Notes: generated by a model not told the origin, from the sequence alone. Positions 16,779 through 26,579 are shown, counted from the first letter of the stretch. The stretch: DNA of 64,000 nucleotides from an uncultured Bacteriovoracaceae bacterium (GCA_964012805.1 CAXGUD010000005.1:32001-96000), one strand, 5' to 3'. A program made the numbers and translations.

Positions 16779-19454
16779 TTATGCCTTTTTCTTTTCACCT
16801 ACTTCGTCCAAGCTCTCGGAGTAGTCATTGATTTGAAACTCTAAATCATTTTTATACTGAAGAAGATTTGGTTTAAATTGAGCCTCTCTTTGTTTTTTAA
16901 CTTCAATGTAAAAATTTTTCATTTCTTCATAAGTATTCTTCTTTAAAAGAAACACTTGGGTTGGTTTTAATCTTCCACTTTTCCTTTTAGCATCATATTC
17001 AACATTTATATTAGATAAATGTTCATCTAAATTTTCAGAAAAAACTTTTAAATGTCTTCTGAATTCTTCTCTCGAATTGCTAGAAGGCTCAATGAATAGT
17101 TCATAATTTGAATCCTTTTCATTAGCTATCATTAAGAAAAACTTAGAATTTAATTTCATTTCACTCTCAGTAGCAGACATGGCATCGATTAGTTGTCCCT
17201 CATAGATTTTTTCTCCAGTTATATTAGTCACTCCTCTTCCCTTTTGGATAAATTTAATTCTTGGTGTTTTATTTTTGAATCCTTCAACTCTTATAACATC
17301 ATTCATGAAGTATCGATAAAGACCATATCCAGTTGTTACAAAAATATAATATTCTTTTCTATCTTTAAGTTCATCTATAAGAAGAAAGTTTCTATCACCA
17401 TTATCATATAAATCTCTTTCAATAAATTCGTAAAAGTTATCTAAAATCGTTGGAATACCTGTGGTTTTCGATGAAGTTAAAGGGATTGTCCCTCTGAATT
17501 CACTTGATAAATAACCTGCATCTCTAATTAACATTTTTTCAGGGAACTGACCTTTTAAATGACCTAAAGCGGTTCCGCAGCTTCCTCCTGTCCAAGTAGC
17601 AAGTATCTGTAGATTAGGAAAGATGTGAAGCAGTTTAATCCCTCCATTTTCTTTAAAAATTTTATCTAATCTCTCCGCTTTAACCGGATTGTAGGAATAA
17701 AGAGGTTGTAAAGCTTTTTTTACATCATCTTCAAGGTCGTCATCCCTAAAAAACGTTCCTTCCTTCAAATCAATAAAATATTCATTCCAATACTCATTTA
17801 CTAGATCCAAAATTCTGATAAAAGTTGATGGGTTAGCTGAACCTAAAAAAGTTATATCGTCATGACAAAGTATAAGTCTTATAATGGTTTGATACTTCAG
17901 CAAATTGTTCTCAATATATGCTACCTCTCCAGGAATAACATACTTTTTCTTTGCTATTTTAGGAGCATGATCTTTGACAAACCCTGATGCTGAACCATAA
18001 GGTATATTGGACTTTCTATGCCCTTCAATACTGGCCCCCATTATGGCCATTATTTTGCCACTTATAACCTCATCTCTTTCCATAATTTGAGAATAAGCTT
18101 GAATTAACTGACTTCTTTTAAACGATTCAATAGTTCTTTTTAGAACTGGTATAAATTTTGGAGAACCAGTACTTCCACTTGTTACAGCATATATGATAGG
18201 AGCCTCGGCGTTTATATGGGGCTCTCCTGTCTCATCCTGTTTATCAATAAATGGTCTTAATGATTCATAATCTTGAGGTGGAACATTATTTCTAAAATCT
18301 TCAATTGATTTAATTTTATTAAAATTATGCTCTCGCCCGAAAAAAGTTTCCTTTTGAAATTCAAGAATGCTTAAAAGAACTTTTTCCTGGTTTTCTCTTG
18401 GGTTATGGCAAGCATTAACAAGCTTCCTATAATGGTATGAGCCCACGATTAAAACTTTACTCTTCATAGCGAAGTTTATAATCTTATGTCCAATATTTTC
18501 TAATATTTCATACGATGTTGGGACTGGAACCTCTTTCAAATCTATTTTAGAAATAAAAGGCGCCTTTAATTGAGTTAAATATTCTTTGGGAAAGTTACGA
18601 TTCCTAAGACCGATTTCCCCTACAGATCGATTTTTAGGTAAAAACCATGTTCCAAAAATTACATCCCAAATAATCAGGTTATTTCCGTAATTACCATTAG
18701 ATTCTCTTGGAATCTCTGAGTGATGCCATCTATGAAGCTCAGAGCTGCTAATAATATAATTAAGAATACCAAACTTAACATTTATGTTTGAATGCTGAAA
18801 AAAACCATTAATACCATAAAAGACCAAATAAGTTGTTAATACAGCTTCATTCATACCAATTAGTAGGAAAATAAGCGTATCAGGTATAAATTGAATAATC
18901 TTTTCTAATGGGTGAAATCTTCCTGAATTAAACCAATAAAGTACTTCCGAACTATGATGAACAGAATGCAACTTCCATAAAAATCTTTTTGTATGCGCCA
19001 TTCTGTGAACCCAATAACGAAAAAACTCATTGCACACCATCATTAAAATAACTTGGAACCATATCGGGGAATGGTGTGGCCAAAAACGTGTAAAAGACTC
19101 CCACCTATACTCAGTAACGATAGACGTTACCAACGTATAAAATAAAGGAACAAATAGAAACTCTAAGATCCTAGGTAAAATAAGTTGAGTTACACCCATA
19201 TGTAAAAAGTCTGTCTTCACATCATTTTTTATATTTTGCCATTCTTTTCTATAAGGATAAGCAAATTCAAAAAAGGTAATGACAAGGGAGGCAAACATAA
19301 GTGAGCACATTGCCGATATGTATGAGTGAACTTGATTTTCTATCAAGAAATTAAAAAATAAAAAACCTGATAAGAGTGTTCCTGGGTAAATTAAATAAGG
19401 AAAAATAGAATGAAATAAGCTTAAAGAATAATTAGCCGAAGGACTAGACTTCAT
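16779..19454 (-). CDS. Fusion: N-terminal sterol desaturase/fatty acid hydroxylase plus C-terminal GH3-family acyl-adenylate/amido synthetase
   Basis: N-terminal TM helices with HRMAH, HSVHH, FQHSN, HRWHH; C-terminal TSGSTGSPKFIP, GYLSSE, GLYRYFMND, TGEKI; single uninterrupted 891-aa ORF. Confidence 0.85.
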   Translation of the reverse strand: MKSSPSANYSLSLFHSIFPYLIYPGTLLSGFLFFNFLIENQVHSYISAMCSLMFASLVITFFEFAYPYRKEWQNIKNDVKTDFLHMGVTQLILPRILEFLFVPLFYTLVTSIVTEYRWESFTRFWPHHSPIWFQVILMMVCNEFFRYWVHRMAHTKRFLWKLHSVHHSSEVLYWFNSGRFHPLEKIIQFIPDTLIFLLIGMNEAVLTTYLVFYGINGFFQHSNINVKFGILNYIISSSELHRWHHSEIPRESNGNYGNNLIIWDVIFGTWFLPKNRSVGEIGLRNRNFPKEYLTQLKAPFISKIDLKEVPVPTSYEILENIGHKIINFAMKSKVLIVGSYHYRKLVNACHNPRENQEKVLLSILEFQKETFFGREHNFNKIKSIEDFRNNVPPQDYESLRPFIDKQDETGEPHINAEAPIIYAVTSGSTGSPKFIPVLKRTIESFKRSQLIQAYSQIMERDEVISGKIMAIMGASIEGHRKSNIPYGSASGFVKDHAPKIAKKKYVIPGEVAYIENNLLKYQTIIRLILCHDDITFLGSANPSTFIRILDLVNEYWNEYFIDLKEGTFFRDDDLEDDVKKALQPLYSYNPVKAERLDKIFKENGGIKLLHIFPNLQILATWTGGSCGTALGHLKGQFPEKMLIRDAGYLSSEFRGTIPLTSSKTTGIPTILDNFYEFIERDLYDNGDRNFLLIDELKDRKEYYIFVTTGYGLYRYFMNDVIRVEGFKNKTPRIKFIQKGRGVTNITGEKIYEGQLIDAMSATESEMKLNSKFFLMIANEKDSNYELFIEPSSNSREEFRRHLKVFSENLDEHLSNINVEYDAKRKSGRLKPTQVFLLKKNTYEEMKNFYIEVKKQREAQFKPNLLQYKNDLEFQINDYSESLDEVGEKKKA

Positions 19455-19649
19455 TTTTCCTACCCTAAATAAATATAATTTAAATAAGAACCTCTTAACC
19501 AGTCTAAGATTAACATAGGTGAGTTATTGGATTAGTAATTATTTATTCCTGTCTGTAAAATATTTTACTTTAAATAATTTAGGCTAAAAATTTGGTTCTT
19601 TTCAAAGTTTAATACTTTTTGAATATGCATTTACAGTATAAAAACTACA

Positions 19650-19665
19650 AAGATTAATTAATCTT
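19650..19665. promoter_or_regulatory. 16-bp perfect palindrome in the divergent promoter region; candidate operator
   Basis: AAGATTAATTAATCTT; an extra AAGATTAA half-site near 19506. Confidence 0.35.
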
Positions 19666-19699
19666 AATAAAATAAGACCATTAATCCGAAAGGAATCTC

Positions 19700-20143
19700 A
19701 TGATAAACATAATTTACTATATACTTCTCTGGTTTATTACAATCGTTTTTTTAGGCAGAGTCTTAGCGCAAGTTTTTGTAGGCATATACTCACCTCCTTA
19801 TCTACCCAAGATGGAGATGTGGTATTCGGGTCTGATGCCTTATCCAATTCTTTTAACCTATCAAATTTTTATTTATACTTGTATGATTATTTTTAATTTT
19901 TGTTTATATATGGGTAGAGGTCCCTTATTTTTAATTTTGAATGGAAAAACATCAATCTATTATATATATTTTGGTTCGGTATATTTCACTCTAATGATTA
20001 TTCGCTTTATAATACATAAAATAAAAGAACCTGAGATAACTTGGCCAAGGGGTAGTATTCCCATTTTTTTCCACTTTTTTTTAGCAGTCTACATTATTCT
20101 TTTAGGCAGTTATTCTTATTTTAAAGTCATAATAATCTCTTGA
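19700..20143 (+). CDS. Small multi-pass membrane protein, unknown function
   Basis: About 4 hydrophobic segments; WYSGLMPYP..L and GSIPIFFH motifs. Confidence 0.7.
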   Translation: MINIIYYILLWFITIVFLGRVLAQVFVGIYSPPYLPKMEMWYSGLMPYPILLTYQIFIYTCMIIFNFCLYMGRGPLFLILNGKTSIYYIYFGSVYFTLMIIRFIIHKIKEPEITWPRGSIPIFFHFFLAVYIILLGSYSYFKVIIIS

Positions 20144-20176
20144 TATGAAATTCCTTTTGGATCAAAATAAGATGTC

Positions 20177-23100
20177 ATGAAAGAGATTATAAAATTCTTT
20201 GTTGTTCGAAGAACATTTAGTCATCTTCTTACATTTTTTGTTATCTCTTTAGGTTTATATTGCCTATTTAAAATAAATAAAGATTCTCAGCCAGAAGTCG
20301 ATTTCCAAAGAGTCATGATTGTCACTTATTATCCTGGCGTATCAGCGGAAGACGTCGAGTTAAAAATAACCAATAAAATAGAAGATAAGATCAATTTAAT
20401 TTCAAATATTAAAAAAAGTTTTTCTATTTCTCAAGAAGGTATTTCCAGGGTTGTAATTTACATCGATGAAAATGCAATTGATAAAGACAAAGTAAAAGAC
20501 GAAATAAGAAGAAATGTTGACCAGATTTCAGACTTTCCCATGGACCTTCAAAATAAACCCAAAATATCAGAACTTAATGCATCTATGTTCCCGATTATTG
20601 AAGTGGGTATAACAAGTAATTTAGACTATAAAAAACTTCGTCAAATATCTAAAATTTTCAAAAATAAATTAAAAACCATAGATGGCATTTCTAGAATAGA
20701 AAGTTTTGGCCTTTATTCTCCTCAAGTTAAAATTGAGGTCTCTCTTTCAAAGCTCATTGAGAATGATATTTCTATTCTTCAAATTCATGAAGCATTAAAT
20801 AAAAGAAACCGAAGAACAACAGTAGGAAAAATTACTCAGTTATCTAAAGAAAAAAATATCGTTCCTTTTGCAGAATTCAAAAACTTAAAGGATGTAAAAA
20901 ATGTGATTATAAGATCTAACTTCGAAGGAAAGAGAATAAGGATACAGGACTTGGCCATTGTCAACGAAGGTTTTCAAACGCCTCATATTTACACAAATAT
21001 AAATGGACAAGAAGCCATTTCTCTTATTATATATAAAAACCAAGTTGCTGATGTAGTTAAAACAGTTGATAAAATCAACAAAATTATTAAAGAACAAAAA
21101 GAAATCTATAAAGATGAAGTAAAGTTTATTTTAAATAATGATAATTCTAGGGTTGTGAGGGATAAATTTCAAATCGTTGCCAATAACGGAATACTAGGTC
21201 TTATTTTTGTTAATTTACTTCTCTCCGTCTTTTTATACTATAGAACTGCATTTTGGGTAGCACTCGGTATTCCTTTTTCACTTCTAGGTTCAATTATTTA
21301 TTTACAGTCAATTAATATGGCACTCGATACGGTATCTTTAACTGCAATGATAATTGTTGTTGGAATTATTGTTGATGACGCTATTATAGTTGCTGAAAAT
21401 ATCTACCGTCATTTTTCTGAATTAAAAAAGACTCCTGTGGAAGCAGCCGTTGATGGCACTGCTGAAGTTTTCAAGCCAGTTCTCACAACAATCTTAACAA
21501 CCTTTCTTGCCTTTGCACCCATGTTTTTTATGACTGGTCTTATGGGGAAATTTATCGCTGTTATTCCACTTATTATAAGTGCAGCTCTCTTTATATCATT
21601 TTTTGAATGTGCTTTTATTCTTCCTTCTCATTTAGTTCCCGGACTTCACAAATTAAAAAGTAAAGAAGAGGGAGAATGGTTTGAAGTATGGATAAAAAGA
21701 CCATTCATATACTTAACTAAGACCTTTTTAAAGCTGCGGTATCCTTTTGTATTATTATTTTTTATTTTGTTATTAGGCACTTTATATTATGCAAAAAACC
21801 ATATGCAATTTATCTTATTCCCTGAATCTGTTTCTGAGAGAATTATTATTACAGCAGAGCTTAAAAAGGGAATTACTCTGCGAGAAAATAAAAAACAAAC
21901 AGCTCAAATTGAAAATATTCTATTAAATTCAAAAAAGAGTGAAGTTCTTTCTTTTTCAACAAGAATAGGAATGTGGGCAGATGAAATCAAAACAAGAATG
22001 AGAGACAATTGGTCTGTCATCTATATTGATCTTACGCCTTACGGAAAAAGAAAAAGAGTAGCAAGAGAAATAGTAGAAGAATTAAGAACTAAAATAAAAA
22101 ATGTTAAAAACTTTAAATCAATTAATTTTAATATTGTTTCTGGAGGACCACCTGTCGGGAGACCTATTGATATTCAAATTATTGGTGCAGATGATAAACT
22201 AAGAAACAAGCTGGCTAAATCAGTAGAAAAGAAGCTAAAAAGAATTAAAGGTGTAAAAGATATAGAAAATGATCAAAGGCCTGGAAAAGAGGAAATTCAA
22301 CTTCTCTTTAATTATGAAAAACTATCCCAACTAGGTCTTAATCTTCCAACAGTTGTAAAATCGCTACGAATGTCATTTGATGGTGTAAAAGCAACATCTG
22401 TTAGAAGAGGAGATGAGGATATTGAATATGTCGTAATACTTAGTAAGAAAGATCGTATGCTTGAAGAAAATATTAGTAAAGTTCAGATCCCTAATGTAAA
22501 TGGACGGCTTATTTCTTTAGGTAAAGCGACCTATTTTAAAAATCAAGTTGGAAAAGGGTTTATAAAACACCATAATGGCGAAAGAAGTATCACTGTTACT
22601 GCTGATCTGGATCAAAGTATAACTGATCCTGTTAAAGTAACTCAGGAAATTATCTCCTCGTATAATCTAGATAAAGATTACCCTGGAACCAGTTTTATAA
22701 TTGGCGGTGAAGCCGAAGAAACTAAAAAATCTATAAGGAGCCTTTTCAGTACATTTATTTTTGCGGGCGTTGGAATCTACTTTCTATTGGTATTACTTTT
22801 TAATTCATACTTTCAACCAATATATGTCATGCTTGCTATTCCCTTTGGAGTTGTCGGAGTTATTATTTCATTTGCCATTCATCAAGAATCACTTAGTTTC
22901 ATGGCCATGCTTGGTGCTATTGGATTAGCAGGTGTTGTCGTTAATGATTCTCTAGTCTTAGTAAACCACTTAAATGAAACAATAAAGAAAGCAACTAATC
23001 CTGAGGAAAAAGATACTCTCATGGTTGAAGCGATTTCACATCGTTTACGGCCAATTCTAATAACAACTCTAACAACAGTAGCTGGTCTTCTTCCATTGGC

Positions 23101-23263
23101 CTATGGAATTGGTGGATCAGATCCCTTTATGATGCCAATGGCCCTTAGCTTGGGTTATGGACTTATTGTTGCAACTCCACTCACCATTTTTCTAGTACCA
23201 TGCTTTTATAATATCGGCGAAGATCTAAAAAATTTTCTTTTTAAATTTAAGAGTAAAAATTGA
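20177..23263 (+). CDS. RND efflux transporter permease (AcrB/AcrD/AcrF family)
   Basis: YPGVSAEDVE, GIIVDDAIIVAENI, GVVVNDS, RLRPILITTLTT; two large periplasmic loops. Confidence 0.93.
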   Translation: MKEIIKFFVVRRTFSHLLTFFVISLGLYCLFKINKDSQPEVDFQRVMIVTYYPGVSAEDVELKITNKIEDKINLISNIKKSFSISQEGISRVVIYIDENAIDKDKVKDEIRRNVDQISDFPMDLQNKPKISELNASMFPIIEVGITSNLDYKKLRQISKIFKNKLKTIDGISRIESFGLYSPQVKIEVSLSKLIENDISILQIHEALNKRNRRTTVGKITQLSKEKNIVPFAEFKNLKDVKNVIIRSNFEGKRIRIQDLAIVNEGFQTPHIYTNINGQEAISLIIYKNQVADVVKTVDKINKIIKEQKEIYKDEVKFILNNDNSRVVRDKFQIVANNGILGLIFVNLLLSVFLYYRTAFWVALGIPFSLLGSIIYLQSINMALDTVSLTAMIIVVGIIVDDAIIVAENIYRHFSELKKTPVEAAVDGTAEVFKPVLTTILTTFLAFAPMFFMTGLMGKFIAVIPLIISAALFISFFECAFILPSHLVPGLHKLKSKEEGEWFEVWIKRPFIYLTKTFLKLRYPFVLLFFILLLGTLYYAKNHMQFILFPESVSERIIITAELKKGITLRENKKQTAQIENILLNSKKSEVLSFSTRIGMWADEIKTRMRDNWSVIYIDLTPYGKRKRVAREIVEELRTKIKNVKNFKSINFNIVSGGPPVGRPIDIQIIGADDKLRNKLAKSVEKKLKRIKGVKDIENDQRPGKEEIQLLFNYEKLSQLGLNLPTVVKSLRMSFDGVKATSVRRGDEDIEYVVILSKKDRMLEENISKVQIPNVNGRLISLGKATYFKNQVGKGFIKHHNGERSITVTADLDQSITDPVKVTQEIISSYNLDKDYPGTSFIIGGEAEETKKSIRSLFSTFIFAGVGIYFLLVLLFNSYFQPIYVMLAIPFGVVGVIISFAIHQESLSFMAMLGAIGLAGVVVNDSLVLVNHLNETIKKATNPEEKDTLMVEAISHRLRPILITTLTTVAGLLPLAYGIGGSDPFMMPMALSLGYGLIVATPLTIFLVPCFYNIGEDLKNFLFKFKSKN

Positions 23264-25186
23264 ACCTTTCCCGAACTCAGAATTAACACTAATTTCAGCT
23301 TCATTTTCCTCGACCATCTTTTTTACATTATATAAGCCTATTCCATATCCTTCTGGACTTTCTCCGCTTTCGCTAACACGTCCTTTTTTCTCAAAAATAA
23401 CATTTAACTTTTCATCTTTAATACCTATTCCATTATCTTCTATATCAATTAAAATATAATCCTTATCCTGAGAGGACCTTATTTTAATTATAGGTGGAAC
23501 ATCTGTTTTTGAATACTTCAGTGAATTACTGATAATATTTGCAAATATTTGAATTGTTGAAATTTGATTACAAATAAAATCCTCGACCATTAAATCTAAC
23601 TCAATCTTGGCATTTTTTTGTTGAATTTTTATCTCAAGTTGATCAAGTGCCAAATTTAAAATTTTTAAAATTTTATACTTTTTTAAATCCACCTTATCGA
23701 CAGTAAAATTTATAAGAATATTGTTAATAATTGATATAGATTTCTCTAATGAATTTTTTATCTTACTTATAATCTCTTTTGTCTTAGAAAAATTCTCAGT
23801 ATACATATGTTCGTAAAGCTCTATATGAGTTATCGCGACACCTATGGGATTTGCCAAATCATGAGCTACAGCAAAGTCATATTCTTTTAAACGCTCATTT
23901 TTTTCTGCCAATTCTTTAGTTCTTTCCCTTACTTGTTCTTCCAATTTAGTTGCGAAACTTGTCATAACTCTTCTTGCCTCAATTTCCCTTTCAAGGGCCT
24001 CCTCTTGAAGTCTTTTAAATTTGTCTCCTAAGGCAAAAGCAAGAAAAACAGTTTGAAATAAATTGCCTATTTGAAATCCATGGCTAACGATCCAAAAAGG
24101 GGGTATTAGACCTACAAGACTTAACGATTGCACTAATCCCCCTAAGGAAAAACCACTGAAGGCCAACAAATAAAATCTCGCTGGTCTATATCCTTGATTT
24201 AATCTGACTATTCCTGCCAGAATAATAAAACAAAATACAAAAATCACAAAAGAAATAAAAGGAAAGTAAAGTAATCTATAATTACCAAAAAAAGACAATA
24301 GAATAAAAATTAATGAAATATAAATATTAATTTGAAGAATATTATAAATGCGTCTATTTTCTCTCCTATTAATTAGGAGAAATTTTTTTAAAAACAAATG
24401 AATAAATAAAGCTATTAAACCTCCCCTGAGCAAAAATCCTTCATTTTGTAACCAAAACGAATTGGGATAGAGGATTTGAAAAGCTATTCCATTGGCAGAA
24501 GCGGTGGTCCAAAGAATAGCTGTTATAGTTAGAGAGTAATAAAGATAACTAGAGTCTCTCATAAAAAAATAAGTTATTAGGTTATAAAAAATCATGATTA
24601 AAATAGCGCCATAAAAAAGAGCGTAACCCGTCATTACGTCTTTCTCTTCTAACAAAAAATTTCTTAGTGTAAGTATTTCAAAAGGAAGAGATAAATCATC
24701 TTTACTTTTAATTTTTATATAATAAGTTGATTTTTCTTTAGGACTAATATTAAAGGCAAAACCTCTATAATCTACATCTCTTGTTTTAAAAGGTCTCCTG
24801 TCACCGGTTTTAAATACCTTAAAATTTCCATTATCTATCGAGAAAAAATCAAAATAATCGTGCCAAACGATTTCATTTTTTAAAATCCAATTTTTCTCTT
24901 TTGTTTTATTTGTGATTATTATTTTGACCCAAATTGAAGAAGCTGTTACGCCAAATGAAAGCACCTCTCTATTTGAACGCTTAAATAATTTATTATATTC
25001 CGGCTTTTTAATATCTTCATAAGTTAGATTATTTGTTTCATCCTCATAAAATAAGAGCGAAGTACCTAAACTAATCTTATCCTTAATTGAATTTAAAATA
25101 ACTTCATCACTAGAGTAAACTTTCGTGACCATTAATAAATAAATAGTTAAAATTATAGAAATTACTCTAAAATAAAAGGCTACCAT
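23225..25186 (-). CDS. 7TM-DISM sensor histidine kinase (DISMED2 + 7TM + HisKA + HATPase)
   Basis: Extracellular LSFG...SIW and TGDRRPF motifs, 7 TM helices, AHDLANP, NSLKY, DNGIG, GYGIGL; ATG at 25186 preferred over 25213. Confidence 0.88.
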   Translation of the reverse strand: MVAFYFRVISIILTIYLLMVTKVYSSDEVILNSIKDKISLGTSLLFYEDETNNLTYEDIKKPEYNKLFKRSNREVLSFGVTASSIWVKIIITNKTKEKNWILKNEIVWHDYFDFFSIDNGNFKVFKTGDRRPFKTRDVDYRGFAFNISPKEKSTYYIKIKSKDDLSLPFEILTLRNFLLEEKDVMTGYALFYGAILIMIFYNLITYFFMRDSSYLYYSLTITAILWTTASANGIAFQILYPNSFWLQNEGFLLRGGLIALFIHLFLKKFLLINRRENRRIYNILQINIYISLIFILLSFFGNYRLLYFPFISFVIFVFCFIILAGIVRLNQGYRPARFYLLAFSGFSLGGLVQSLSLVGLIPPFWIVSHGFQIGNLFQTVFLAFALGDKFKRLQEEALEREIEARRVMTSFATKLEEQVRERTKELAEKNERLKEYDFAVAHDLANPIGVAITHIELYEHMYTENFSKTKEIISKIKNSLEKSISIINNILINFTVDKVDLKKYKILKILNLALDQLEIKIQQKNAKIELDLMVEDFICNQISTIQIFANIISNSLKYSKTDVPPIIKIRSSQDKDYILIDIEDNGIGIKDEKLNVIFEKKGRVSESGESPEGYGIGLYNVKKMVEENEAEISVNSEFGKGSIFTLKFKKKIF

Positions 25187-25265
25187 AGTGGTATACTTTT
25201 CGGATACGATCAACTAAACCCTTAGCTAATCCCTCTTTACAATTTGTTTTTTAAAAAAAATTTGT

Positions 25266-26579
25266 TTAAGAAGGTTTTTTTTCTGATTCAAGAACGGATT
25301 GAAGGTGAGTTGAGAAAGTTCTTTGTGGAATTCCTTCAGTATGACCTCTGTAGCCCTCACCATCTTTTATAACTTCCAATAAAGTTTTTGGAGTCTCAAA
25401 TAGATCTGGAGAAGCAATAACATCCTTACTAAGTATTAAAAGATCGGCCCTTTTCCCTTTTTCAATAGTTCCCGTATCTGTTTGACCAATTTCTTTTGCA
25501 CCGAGACCAGTCATTCCATACCAGGAGGTAAGAATAGGCAATTCTTCCTTGCAAAGCGACTCAATTTCTTTGAAATTTCTCCCATGCATTTCTGGCATAA
25601 TGGCATCTGTTCCCGCCAAAATTTTTAAGCCTGCTTTGTGGGCCACTTGGACAGCATTTTTATGATGTTTAAAAACTTCGGCTGCTTTTTCTTTTACAAA
25701 GGGGTCCAGATCTGGAATTTCTTGAAGGTGTTGGATTACCCATGAAGTTGGAGTAACTGTACAGCCTTTACTTGCAGCAAGATTGGCCATTTCCTCATCC
25801 ATGTATGATATATGCTGAATGTCTTTTACACCATGCTTAATTGCCATTTGAATTCCTGATCGAGAATGGGCATGGGCCGCAACAGTTAAACCCCTAGAAT
25901 GGGCTTCGTCACAAATCGATTCAATTTCCTCACTTGTAAACTCTCTATGCTCTAATTTATCAGACGGGGATGCAACGCCTGGGCTTGTACAAATTTTTAT
26001 TAAGTCAGCTCCACAGGCCACAATTTCCCTTACTTTTTTGCGACACTCCCACGGCCCATCAATAACGCTACCAGGCCTCCCTGGAGCCTCTCTAAAAAGA
26101 TTAGATAACTCTGCATGACACCTATCTGGTCCTCTAAAATCAGCATGGCCACCAGTCGTTGAAAGCATAGCAATAGCTATTTTTAACCTAGGGCCTATCA
26201 TCATATTGTCATTTATCATTCTTTTAATAAAGTCAGTGGCCCCACCAATATCACGGGCAGTCGTCACACCACCATTAACTAAAGTTGTGTAAAGAATTTT
26301 TTCTACATAAAGAAGTCCAGATTGAGAATTCATTAGATCAATATCTTGCTTTCCAATTCCTGAGATTGTTATGTGAGCATGACAATCAACTAAACCTGGA
26401 GTTACATAATTATCTGAACAGTCAATGAAAGCAAAATCCCTATATCCCCTTTCTTTTTGATGAGGGAGAACATCCTTTATCATCCCTCCTTCAACTAAAA
26501 CATCTACATTTTGGTGGATTGAGGAGTTTAATGCAGATTTTCCATCATATAATTTCTTAATATTGCTCAAAATATACAA
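25266..26579 (-). CDS. Metal-dependent amidohydrolase (Xaa-Pro dipeptidase/carboxypeptidase-like)
   Basis: PGLVDCHAH, GVTTARDIG, TGGHAD, IKIC, AAHAH, AGTDA, GKRADL. Confidence 0.9.
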   Translation of the reverse strand: MYILSNIKKLYDGKSALNSSIHQNVDVLVEGGMIKDVLPHQKERGYRDFAFIDCSDNYVTPGLVDCHAHITISGIGKQDIDLMNSQSGLLYVEKILYTTLVNGGVTTARDIGGATDFIKRMINDNMMIGPRLKIAIAMLSTTGGHADFRGPDRCHAELSNLFREAPGRPGSVIDGPWECRKKVREIVACGADLIKICTSPGVASPSDKLEHREFTSEEIESICDEAHSRGLTVAAHAHSRSGIQMAIKHGVKDIQHISYMDEEMANLAASKGCTVTPTSWVIQHLQEIPDLDPFVKEKAAEVFKHHKNAVQVAHKAGLKILAGTDAIMPEMHGRNFKEIESLCKEELPILTSWYGMTGLGAKEIGQTDTGTIEKGKRADLLILSKDVIASPDLFETPKTLLEVIKDGEGYRGHTEGIPQRTFSTHLQSVLESEKKPS

